Source: Bacteroidota bacterium (GTDB lineage Bacteria; Bacteroidota; Bacteroidia; Flavobacteriales_D; Crocinitomicaceae). From it: a DNA stretch of 64,000 bases. Location of the stretch: positions 1,910 through 65,909 of the forward strand of contig JBEAQY010000066.1 of the NCBI GenBank assembly GCA_041163605.1, written 5' to 3'. This document shows positions 17,720-26,294 of the stretch, one piece after another; position 1 is the stretch's first letter, and each line of letters opens with the position of its first letter. A program made the translations under genes and the position numbers. The notes under the pieces were generated by a model that saw nothing but the letters and a program-made list of their open reading frames with translations, was not told the origin of the DNA and ran no database searches.

Positions 17720-18379
17720 ATGAAAAAAATCTATGTTTTAATCTTCGCTATTTTAGGAGGAGTTAGCGCGAAAGCGCAAATGCTACAAGGAAATATTTCT
17801 ATTGATCCCTACATTGGAGTACCAAATTGGGCAAACTCATTAATTTATAATCAGTATGATGGTAATCAAACGAATATCCAAGAATATAAAGTGGTTGGAA
17901 GTATGTTGTCTTATGGTGGTCGTATTGAATATATGGCATCTGACAGGGTAGGAGTTGGGGCAGATGTTAACTATGAGGTATCTGGTTACTCATATAAATT
18001 CGATGACTATGTGTATGACGCCAATGGGAATGCGCAAACCAATGCGAATGGTGATTTTTTGATTAACCAATATCAAACGCAATACACTGCTAAGAAATTG
18101 CGTGCCATGTTTCGATTGAATTATCACTTCGTTCAAGAGGAGAAAATAGATATGTATGCTGGCTTTGCAGGTGGTTATAAATCAGTGAATCGTGCGAGTG
18201 AGACAAATCCTACAACGTCTAGTTATACTGACGCAAACTTGAATGGAGCCCTAATTCCGGTTACACTTCGTGTTGCAATCGGTGCAAAAATGTACTTTAC
18301 ACAAAACATCGGTGCACATGTTGAGCTAGGTGCTTTCGGAGGTGGTTTACTTCAAGCTGGACTTTCTGTTAAGTTCTAA
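17720..18379 (+). CDS. Outer-membrane beta-barrel (porin-family) protein
   Basis: Signal peptide MKKIYVLIFAILGGVSAKAQ, alternating aromatic/Gly-rich beta-strand pattern and a C-terminal ...GLSVKF. Confidence 0.65.
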   Translation: MKKIYVLIFAILGGVSAKAQMLQGNISIDPYIGVPNWANSLIYNQYDGNQTNIQEYKVVGSMLSYGGRIEYMASDRVGVGADVNYEVSGYSYKFDDYVYDANGNAQTNANGDFLINQYQTQYTAKKLRAMFRLNYHFVQEEKIDMYAGFAGGYKSVNRASETNPTTSSYTDANLNGALIPVTLRVAIGAKMYFTQNIGAHVELGAFGGGLLQAGLSVKF

Positions 18380-18402
18380 GTACAGATAATTAATATAAAA
18401 AA

Positions 18403-18427
18403 GGGAGGCTCGCCTCCCTTTTTTTAT
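18403..18427. terminator. Bidirectional intrinsic terminator between the OMP gene and acnA
   Basis: GGGAGGCTCGCCTCCC hairpin flanked by an A-run upstream and a T-run downstream, between convergent genes. Confidence 0.8.
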
Positions 18428-18442
18428 GCTGTAAATTTTGAA

Positions 18443-20707
18443 TTAATTCTCCATAAGTTTAATTAAGTTCAATGCCGACCCTGCTTTAAACCATTCGATT
18501 TGCGATTGGTTGTAGGTGTGATTTAACATAATATCATCGTGTGTACCATTGTCATGACGAATTCGCATAGTCAATGGTTTTTCAGGGGCAAAAGACTCAA
18601 GATCAATAAAATCAAATAAATCATTTTCATGGATTTTATCGTAATCCGCTTCATTAGCAAACGTTAATGCTAGCATGCCTTGTTTCTTAAGATTAGTCTC
18701 ATGAATCCGGGCAAAAGACTTAACAATGACTGCAGAAACTCCTAAATGTCTTGGTTCCATCGCTGCATGTTCTCTTGAGCTTCCTTCACCATAGTTATGA
18801 TCACCAACAACAATTGAAGCAATTCCTGCTGCCTTGTAGGCGCGTTGAACTGCAGGAACTTCACCGTAACTTCCAGTTAACTGATTTTTTACTTCATTCG
18901 CTTTACCATTAAATGCATTTTCAGCACCAATTAATAGGTTGTTTGAAATATTGTCTAAATGTCCTCGGTATTTCAACCAAGGACCGGCCATTGAAATATG
19001 ATCTGTTGTGCATTTCCCCTTAACCTTGATTAAAAGCTTCGCATCGGTTATGTTTTTATTATTCCATGCAGGGAAGTTTTCTAACAGTTGAAGACGTTGA
19101 GAATCAGGAGCTACATTAATATTTACCGCACTTCCATCAGCTGCTGGTGCTTGATATCCATTGTCTTCAACAGCAAATCCTTTAATTGGTAATTCATCTC
19201 CAGCAGGTGGAGTTAACTTGAAGGACTTACCTTCAGCATTCGTTAAGGTATCAGTCAATGGATTAAATCCTAAATCACCTGCAATTGCCAATGCCGCTAC
19301 CATTTCAGGACTGGTTACAAAGGCATGAGTATTTGGGTTACCATCTGCACGTTTTGAGAAGTTTCGGTTGAATGAATGAACAATCGTGTTTTTTTCTTGC
19401 TTATCAGCGCCTTCGCGATCCCACTGTCCAATACATGGTCCACATGCATTCGTGAACACTTTAGTGCCCATTTTCTCGAAATCAGCAAGTATCCCATCGC
19501 GTTCAGCGGTGAATCTAACTTGCTCTGATCCCGGGTTGATTCCGAATTCTGCTTTTGGTGTAATTCCGTTAGCAACAGCTTGTTTAACCACTGAGGCTGC
19601 ACGTGCTAAATCTTCGTAGGAAGAATTTGTACATGACCCAATCAATCCCCATTCTACGTCCATCGGCCACCCATTTTTTTCTGCCTCTGCACGCATTTTA
19701 GATACCGGAGTACCACGGTCTGGAGTAAATGGACCATTGATGTGTGGTTCTAACTCAGAAAGGTTGATTTCAATGATTTGATCAAAATAAGCTTTGGGAT
19801 TTTCATATACTTCAGCATCTCCAGTCAAATGTTCAGCGATAACATCTGCTGCATCAACAACATCCTGTCGACCGGTAGCAATTAAATACCTGCGCATGGA
19901 GTCATCATAACCAAAGGTTGATGTTGTGGCACCAATTTCAGCGCCCATATTACAAATGGTCCCTTTTCCTGTACAAGATAAAGATTCTGCACCTTCTCCA
20001 AAATATTCAACAATACATCCAGTGCCACCTTTTACAGTTAAAATATCTGCAACTTTGAGAATAACATCTTTGGCGGATGTCCATCCATTTAACTTTCCAG
20101 TTAGTTTAATCCCAATTAATTTTGGAAACTTTAATTCCCAAGCCATTCCTGCCATAACATCCACGGCATCTGCACCACCTACACCAATCGCTACCATTCC
20201 AAGTCCACCTGCATTTACAGTGTGGGAATCCGTTCCAATCATCATTCCTCCTGGAAACGCATAATTTTCTAAAACTACTTGGTGAATAATCCCTGCGCCG
20301 GGTTTCCAAAATCCGATTCCGTATTTATTTGAAATAGAGGACAAAAAGTTAAATACCTCATTGTTTTGATTCAATGAATCTTGTAAATCTTTACTCGCAC
20401 CAACCCTAGCTTGTATTAGGTGATCCGCATGTACCGTAGAAGGAACCGCAACGCGTTTCTTACCTGCTTGCATGAATTGAAGTAATGCCATTTGAGCCGT
20501 AGCGTCTTGCATTGCAACGCGGTCTGGTGCAAAATCTACATATGATTTTCCTCGTTCAAATGCTACCGTACCATTTCCATCCCACAAATGCGCGTAAAGT
20601 ATTTTTTCCGTTAGGGTTAACGGTTTATTTAGCACTTGTCTAGCTGCATTAATACGCTCAGGGTAAGATGCATATACCCGTTTAATCATGTCAATATCGA
20701 AAACCAT
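18443..20707 (-). CDS. acnA: Aconitate hydratase (754-aa, mitochondrial-type length)
   Basis: Motifs [36 protein letters not shown] and [10 protein letters not shown]. Confidence 0.92.
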   Translation of the reverse strand: MVFDIDMIKRVYASYPERINAARQVLNKPLTLTEKILYAHLWDGNGTVAFERGKSYVDFAPDRVAMQDATAQMALLQFMQAGKKRVAVPSTVHADHLIQARVGASKDLQDSLNQNNEVFNFLSSISNKYGIGFWKPGAGIIHQVVLENYAFPGGMMIGTDSHTVNAGGLGMVAIGVGGADAVDVMAGMAWELKFPKLIGIKLTGKLNGWTSAKDVILKVADILTVKGGTGCIVEYFGEGAESLSCTGKGTICNMGAEIGATTSTFGYDDSMRRYLIATGRQDVVDAADVIAEHLTGDAEVYENPKAYFDQIIEINLSELEPHINGPFTPDRGTPVSKMRAEAEKNGWPMDVEWGLIGSCTNSSYEDLARAASVVKQAVANGITPKAEFGINPGSEQVRFTAERDGILADFEKMGTKVFTNACGPCIGQWDREGADKQEKNTIVHSFNRNFSKRADGNPNTHAFVTSPEMVAALAIAGDLGFNPLTDTLTNAEGKSFKLTPPAGDELPIKGFAVEDNGYQAPAADGSAVNINVAPDSQRLQLLENFPAWNNKNITDAKLLIKVKGKCTTDHISMAGPWLKYRGHLDNISNNLLIGAENAFNGKANEVKNQLTGSYGEVPAVQRAYKAAGIASIVVGDHNYGEGSSREHAAMEPRHLGVSAVIVKSFARIHETNLKKQGMLALTFANEADYDKIHENDLFDFIDLESFAPEKPLTMRIRHDNGTHDDIMLNHTYNQSQIEWFKAGSALNLIKLMEN

Positions 20708-20726
20708 AGTAAATTTTTTATTGTCG

Positions 20727-20734
20727 CAAAGCTA
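20727..20734 (-). promoter_or_regulatory. -7 box (TAGCTTTG on - strand) upstream of acnA
   Basis: Plus strand reads CAAAGCTA, 19 nt upstream of the acnA ATG. Confidence 0.45.
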
Positions 20735-20802
20735 CTCAATTAAACATAAAATTGCTACCAATCCACCATGAAATCTTGCATTTTTTCAATAGATTTTTAA
20801 TG

Positions 20803-20810
20803 TACTTTTG
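20803..20810 (+). promoter_or_regulatory. -7 box TACTTTTG only 4 nt upstream of the CoA-transferase ATG
   Basis: Exact TAnnTTTG match. The ATG is at 20815. Confidence 0.4.
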
Positions 20811-20814
20811 AGCA

Positions 20815-21867
20815 ATGTTTGCTGATCTTGAAGTTTTTGATCTTTCTACAGTCTTGGCTGGCCCGTCGGTCGCAAGCTTCTTTGCCGAACTGGGAGCAAA
20901 GGTTACCAAAATTGAACATCCGATTCATGGAGACGTGACACGAACGTGGCGAATTCCGGGGGAAAAGCAAGAAGTTACAAGTTATTTTTCAAGTATAAAT
21001 TTTCGAAAGGATTATATTACTAAGGATCTTACCTTGCCTTCTGATTATTTTTGGTTGTTGGATCGGCTCCCTAAGATTGATGTATTAATCATGAATTTTA
21101 AGTCTTCAGATTACTTGAAATTTAATCTTACAAAAGAAAAATTACATGCAATAAACCCACGTCTTATAATAGGTTCGATTTCAGGGTTTGGCGATAATTC
21201 AGACCGAGTGGCATATGATTTAATTCTGCAAGCTGAATCGGGCATTATGGCCATGAATGGCGAGCCGGATGGTTCTCCAACTAAAATGCCAATTGCATTA
21301 ATTGACGTACTCGCCGCACATCAGTTAAAAGAGGCACTTTTGCTCGCATTACTTAAACGTGAAAAGACAAATTTAGGAAGTTGGGTTAGTGTTTCGCTCT
21401 ATGATGCAGCGGTTTCTAGTTTGGTGAATCAAGCTTCTGCATTTTTAATGAGTGGTATAATTCCAACCCGTATGGGTAGTTTACATCCGAACATCGCTCC
21501 TTATGGAGAGATTTTCAGAACGAAAGATAAAAAATTAGTCACGTTTGCGGTTGGTTCTGATCGGCAATTTCAAACACTATGCAAGGTGCTTGGTTGTGAA
21601 TTGATTTTGTCTAATTTGAACTATTCAACAAACGAAGACCGGGTTAAAAATCGCATAAAATTAAAGGAAGAAATGGCGCCTTACATTTTAATGTTTGAGG
21701 CCAAAGAATTGTCTGATTTGGCATTGGAATATCTCATCCCCTTAGGCACGATCAAATCCTTGGATGAGGTTTTTGAAACCCAGGAGGCTAGTGCGTTGAT
21801 TCGTGAAGAAACACAGGGCAATACATCAACGAAACGCTTAACTCAACTTGCATTTCAATGGAAATAA
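20815..21867 (+). CDS. Family III CoA-transferase (CaiB/BaiF family)
   Basis: DLSTVLAGPSVASFFAELGAKVTKIE N-terminus, ...YDLILQAESGIM...ALIDVLA... and ...HPNIAPYG, typical of family III. Confidence 0.75.
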   Translation: MFADLEVFDLSTVLAGPSVASFFAELGAKVTKIEHPIHGDVTRTWRIPGEKQEVTSYFSSINFRKDYITKDLTLPSDYFWLLDRLPKIDVLIMNFKSSDYLKFNLTKEKLHAINPRLIIGSISGFGDNSDRVAYDLILQAESGIMAMNGEPDGSPTKMPIALIDVLAAHQLKEALLLALLKREKTNLGSWVSVSLYDAAVSSLVNQASAFLMSGIIPTRMGSLHPNIAPYGEIFRTKDKKLVTFAVGSDRQFQTLCKVLGCELILSNLNYSTNEDRVKNRIKLKEEMAPYILMFEAKELSDLALEYLIPLGTIKSLDEVFETQEASALIREETQGNTSTKRLTQLAFQWK

Positions 21868-22289
21868 GAGAACCAAAAAACAAGGAGGAATGGGATAAAT
21901 ATTATCACCTCAGATGGAAGGTGCTACGGCAACCTTGGAATCAACCCCTAGGTTCTGAACGAGATGATTATGAATACGAAACATGGCATTTTGCCGCATT
22001 CGAAGGCAACGAAATAATTGGCGTAGGTCGCTTGGATTATTTAGAACCTACAACACGACAAATTAGATTTATGGCGGTTGAACCGAGCTGTCAAGCCAAA
22101 GGCATAGGGGCAAACTTGATGAATATTATGGAATTGGATGCCTGGAATTCAGGGGCGACTGAAATTATCTTACATGCCAGAGCGCAAGCGCTCGGGTTTT
22201 ATGAGAAACTGGGCTATATTTGCATTGAACAATCCCATTTACTTTTTGGTGAAATTCAACATTTTTTAATGAAAAAGAAAAAGGGATAG
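21858..22289 (+). CDS. GNAT-family N-acetyltransferase
   Basis: 143 aa with the acetyl-CoA binding-type motif RFMAVEPSCQAKGIGANLM...ARAQALGFYEKLGY. Overlaps the upstream gene by 10 nt. Confidence 0.75.
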   Translation: MEIREPKNKEEWDKYYHLRWKVLRQPWNQPLGSERDDYEYETWHFAAFEGNEIIGVGRLDYLEPTTRQIRFMAVEPSCQAKGIGANLMNIMELDAWNSGATEIILHARAQALGFYEKLGYICIEQSHLLFGEIQHFLMKKKKG

Positions 22290-22307
22290 CCGTTGCCATC
22301 CCTTTTT
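22283..22307. terminator. Intrinsic terminator between the GNAT gene and the convergent S8 peptidase gene
   Basis: GGGATAGC-CGTT-GCCATCCC hairpin (1 mismatch) with flanking A-run and T-run. It overlaps the GNAT stop codon. Confidence 0.65.
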
Positions 22308-22326
22308 CCAACCCTAAACCTAACTA

Positions 22327-24447
22327 TTACAGTACAACGATTCGTTGCGTGCCTGCAATTCCTTCTTTATTAAATAAATTCACATAATAAGTTCCAGAAC
22401 TCAATGAATTAATTTCGATTGAATTAAGTCCGTTGATTTCTTTATTATAAACAACACGACCGTTGTTATCAATTACCAAGAGTTGTACCATTTCTTCATT
22501 CCATTGAACCGTTGCATTTCCCATGCTAGGATTTGGAAATACCGTCATATTAATGGCTTGTTCTTCTGTTATACTGTTTGTTTGATTATTCAAAACAATT
22601 ACCTCTAAAGTATTCATACAACCGTTCCCATCAATCACTGTTACTTCATATGTTCCAGCGGTTAGATTCGCTTGGTCTTCTGTATTTACACTATTTGACC
22701 ATAGGGTAGCGTATGATGGAACACCACCAGTAATAGTTAAATCAATCGATCCGTCATTACCTTGTACTTCACTAGCTACTGTGGCATTTAATTCAATCTC
22801 AGTAGGTTGAGAAATGGTATAGCTACTATATGAAATACATCCATTCGCATCAACTACGGTTAATCGGTAGGTTCCAGCATCAAGGTTAGTTAAATCTTGC
22901 GTAGTTGCTCCGTTATCCCAAGCATAAGTAAAAGCAGGGTTTCCTTGAAGTATACTTACGTCGATTGCTCCATTGGCTTGACCGAAACACTGAATTTGTG
23001 TTATAACGCCATTAACTTGAACTGCGACTGGCGTATTGACTGTAAACGTTGTATCTGAACTACATCCAATAGCATCCACTAAGGTTATGGTATAGGTTCC
23101 AGTTTCTATTCCCGTATTTTGTAATCCTACCAAACCATTGGACCATTGAACCGACACATTACCCGTTACATTGCTTGGATTAATACTAACGGTTGAAGAG
23201 GTGCTAGCACAAGTTCCTTGAATGGATACATTAAAAACTGCTTCGTGAACAAAGGTTTGTGCTGCTGTAACTGCTGCTGCTGCATTTAAACGACCACTTC
23301 CAATTTTTCCAGCATACAATGGATTCAATGCATCAATATTGGTAGATGTATTTTTAAGTATAGTTTCGATATCAACATTGCCTAAGCAAGGATTTACAGC
23401 CAACATAAGGGCAACAGTTCCGGTTACATATGGTGCGGCGTAGGAGGTTCCCGAACTATTTAAATACCATCCGTCCATCGGAGCAATCGCAACATTGTAT
23501 CCTGGAGCAGATAAATCAACCATTTGGTTGTGTTGATGCGTAGATAATGGATCTCCATTTACTTGTTCGTGGTTGTCTAATTCACCAATGCTGGTTACGG
23601 CAAATACATGAGCATATGCAGCTGGATAAACTAACGCGTCTGGTGAATTACACGTGTTTCCATTTCCAGCAGCAGCAATAATAAATGTACCATTGTTGTA
23701 TACTTCGGTCATTACATCTTGTTCGTATTGATTGTAAGAGCACCCAGAAGTCCAGCTTAGGTTTAACACCCGAATTCCGTTGTATGTAGCAATAAGTAAA
23801 TCGTTATAGTTCATTTGGTAGAATGCTATTGATGAATTGAATCCAATTGAACTAAGGCCAATATTATTATTCGTATTTCCTGCGGCAATTGCACAAACGG
23901 CATTCCCGTGTGTTGGTGTAGCAGTATTACTTGGGTCATAGGATACGATTTTTCCAGTCAATTCTTCATGCATTGGATCGACGTTTTGATCACTAATACC
24001 AATAATAAAACTTGCATTGCCCTGCGTTATGTCCCATGCTCCTTGCGCATTGATTAAATCCATGGCATAATTATTTGCGATAACTAAGTTATAATCGTTT
24101 GGTGTGTAAAGCACTTGGTAATTTGGCGCTAGCTCAATTCCTGTAAGCACAGGTATTGACTTAAGGGTATTCGTTAATAATTCTTCAGTGCAACTGCATT
24201 CAATCTCGTAAACTTGCTGAAGCTTAGCTTGTTTTGAAGATGCTAATGCTTGTGTTACCCTTGTGATTTCTATGGAAGAAATCGCAGCATTGAATGTTTC
24301 ATTGTTTGATACTAATTGTCCATCTGTTGAAACCGTTGGGATTGCTGAATGATCGGTAATCTGTACCCATACTTTAGAAACTTGGCCTAAACTTACAGTG
24401 GTTAAACTTCCTAAGATTAAAACGAAAAGTAATGCTATTTTTTTCAT
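22327..24447 (-). CDS. Secreted S8 (subtilisin-family) serine peptidase with SprB-type repeats and a type A T9SS C-terminal sorting domain
   Basis: D/H/S motifs (ISDQNVD, THGNAVCAIAAGN, GTSYAAPYVTGTVALM). Repeats of the form C..NG.ID....GG.P.Y.Y.W...GTY..TV.D.NGC. C-terminal FPNPS...GTYYVNL...RIVVL. Confidence 0.85.
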   Translation of the reverse strand: MKKIALLFVLILGSLTTVSLGQVSKVWVQITDHSAIPTVSTDGQLVSNNETFNAAISSIEITRVTQALASSKQAKLQQVYEIECSCTEELLTNTLKSIPVLTGIELAPNYQVLYTPNDYNLVIANNYAMDLINAQGAWDITQGNASFIIGISDQNVDPMHEELTGKIVSYDPSNTATPTHGNAVCAIAAGNTNNNIGLSSIGFNSSIAFYQMNYNDLLIATYNGIRVLNLSWTSGCSYNQYEQDVMTEVYNNGTFIIAAAGNGNTCNSPDALVYPAAYAHVFAVTSIGELDNHEQVNGDPLSTHQHNQMVDLSAPGYNVAIAPMDGWYLNSSGTSYAAPYVTGTVALMLAVNPCLGNVDIETILKNTSTNIDALNPLYAGKIGSGRLNAAAAVTAAQTFVHEAVFNVSIQGTCASTSSTVSINPSNVTGNVSVQWSNGLVGLQNTGIETGTYTITLVDAIGCSSDTTFTVNTPVAVQVNGVITQIQCFGQANGAIDVSILQGNPAFTYAWDNGATTQDLTNLDAGTYRLTVVDANGCISYSSYTISQPTEIELNATVASEVQGNDGSIDLTITGGVPSYATLWSNSVNTEDQANLTAGTYEVTVIDGNGCMNTLEVIVLNNQTNSITEEQAINMTVFPNPSMGNATVQWNEEMVQLLVIDNNGRVVYNKEINGLNSIEINSLSSGTYYVNLFNKEGIAGTQRIVVL

Positions 24448-24496
24448 ATTCTTTGGTATTAGCGTTGTTTGTTAAACCAAAGGTGACTAAATAAAA

Positions 24497-24611
24497 AGTT
24501 TGATAGATTCAGTTTTTCTTCCGGTACATGCAAAATACACGTACATACCGATAGGAATCTATGTAGTTATTGGGAATGTACTAGGTAGTTATACGTAGTT
24601 TGGATAGATTC
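24497..24611. repeat. Cluster of short direct and inverted repeats in the S8-peptidase upstream region
   Basis: AGTTTGATAGATTC (24497-24510) recurs as AGTTTGGATAGATTC (24597-24611). CTATGTAGTTAT (24559-24570) recurs as CTAGGTAGTTAT (24581-24592), 22 nt apart. GTACAT occurs at 24524 and 24541, and its complement ATGTAC at 24576. Confidence 0.6.
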
Positions 24612-26125
24612 TATCCGTTTAGGATGATTTTTTTCTGGATTGATTCTGAATGAATCTTTTTAGATTTTGTTCTGCCTGGTTTATTAACCTTTATTTTAAA
24701 CCATGTTGATTTTGCATACGAAGTATTCAGTTCAATTAGAACATATCCATGATGTCTGAGGTTTACAAAGTCCAATGCGGGATTAAGGGCCTTATTTCGT
24801 AGTTTACGTTCAACTGATTTTGTCTTACAAGAGGAATACCGTTCATTGTAATTAGCAGATGTTACACTAGGGGCTACCCATTCAACCCCAAGTGGTTTAT
24901 TTTTATGCTCAAGTTTTAAGGCTAATGAAGAATGAATGTCACCTGTAAGCACAATTAGGTTATTTGCTTGATATTTAGCAAGGCTGATTTTAAGAAATTC
25001 ATCGAATAATTGATTTCGTTCTTTTAAATACCCTTGCCAAGTATCCATGCTTTTTTTTATTCCGGCTACACCCGGCGGAATTGTAATGCTAGAAAAGAGA
25101 ACTTGATTACCAAGAATATTCCATGCGGCATCCGATTGATTCATGGAGTTCACAAGCCATTCATATTGTGTATGTCCTAACATGCTGCTGCTCTCTATGT
25201 TTTCCCCTTCTTGTGTAGGTTGTTTCGTTCTTCCTTTGAGTCGTTCATCAAGCATAAATAAATTGGCCAATGAACCAAAGTTAAATTCCCTTTGTATTTC
25301 ATATTGCGTATTATCTACGATGGGTAACCATTCAAAATATGCTTGCTGAGCGGCTTGTTTTCGGTCATTCCAATCTCCGTCTTCTTCTTGGTGATTTTCA
25401 GCTCCTTCGGTATATGTATCATTCGCTATTTCGTGATCATCCCAAACGGAAATAAACGGGATGTTTTGATGAACTTTTTGCAGTTGTTCATCCAATCGAT
25501 ATTGGGCATACCGAGATCGGTAATCTTGAATCGTTAGTAGTTCTTTAGCAGGCAGAGGCACACGATTTAAGGACTTATCGCCATAAACTCCCGGACCGTA
25601 TTCATAAATGTAATCGCCAAGATGAACTACAAAATCTAGATTAGGAATATTGGCTATGGATTCATAAGCGTTGAAATAACCCCATTCATAATTACTACAA
25701 CTTACCACTGTGAATTTTAAGTGGTTTGGATTCGTTCCAATTGTTTTCGTTTTTCCAATGATAGAAGTATCCTCACCGTAAATGAATCTGTAAAAATATT
25801 GTTTGTCTTGCGAAAGATTGGCCGCATTCATTTTAACAGACAAGCCCCGTGATAATTCAACTTCATATTGGTATGTTCTGGCGACCTCTTTAAAATTAGC
25901 TTGTTCACTTACTTGACAACGTACCATGCGAAAGGACTGAAGCTTGAATGGGTTTAACGCCGTCCATAAAACAACCCCATTTTCTGTTGGGTCTCCGGAT
26001 GCTACACCAAAAGGAAACACCCCCTTCGATTTCAATTGGTCATTAATTTCTGAACAATAAATTCGTTCAATCTGACTGTTTACGTTGAAACTAACTAATA
26101 AAAGTATGATGAAAGAATAGCGCAT
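24611..26125 (-). CDS. phoD: PhoD-family alkaline phosphatase / phosphodiesterase, secreted
   Basis: Signal peptide, then FGVASGDPTENGVVLWTA, ...VHLGDYIYEY..., ...WDDHEIAND... and ...TGDIHSS, the PhoD metallophosphatase motifs. Confidence 0.85.
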   Translation of the reverse strand: MRYSFIILLLVSFNVNSQIERIYCSEINDQLKSKGVFPFGVASGDPTENGVVLWTALNPFKLQSFRMVRCQVSEQANFKEVARTYQYEVELSRGLSVKMNAANLSQDKQYFYRFIYGEDTSIIGKTKTIGTNPNHLKFTVVSCSNYEWGYFNAYESIANIPNLDFVVHLGDYIYEYGPGVYGDKSLNRVPLPAKELLTIQDYRSRYAQYRLDEQLQKVHQNIPFISVWDDHEIANDTYTEGAENHQEEDGDWNDRKQAAQQAYFEWLPIVDNTQYEIQREFNFGSLANLFMLDERLKGRTKQPTQEGENIESSSMLGHTQYEWLVNSMNQSDAAWNILGNQVLFSSITIPPGVAGIKKSMDTWQGYLKERNQLFDEFLKISLAKYQANNLIVLTGDIHSSLALKLEHKNKPLGVEWVAPSVTSANYNERYSSCKTKSVERKLRNKALNPALDFVNLRHHGYVLIELNTSYAKSTWFKIKVNKPGRTKSKKIHSESIQKKIILNG

Positions 26126-26294
26126 TTTTTTTAGTTAAAATTAAGGGTATTAATTCTACACGTAATGGTTAATTCTGAATTTCAATTAAATTTAAGCTAA
26201 ATTTTAATTAATGAAACACAATATAAGCCCTTTACATTAATTGAGGTTGAAACAATCGAAAGGGTTTGGATAGAGGGATAGTAAATACTTAAAT

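Noticed and set aside
19926-20264. 112-aa + strand ORF inside acnA, along with others at 19315-19602, 19386-19619 and 20106-20309
   Set aside because: All are shadow ORFs within, or antisense to, the strongly conserved aconitase reading frame.
24497-24611. Possibility that the 14/15-nt direct repeats are target-site duplications of a miniature transposable element
   Set aside because: No terminal inverted repeats lie just inside the direct repeats, no transposase is present in the window, and 14-15 bp is long for a TSD. I kept it as a regulatory-repeat finding instead.
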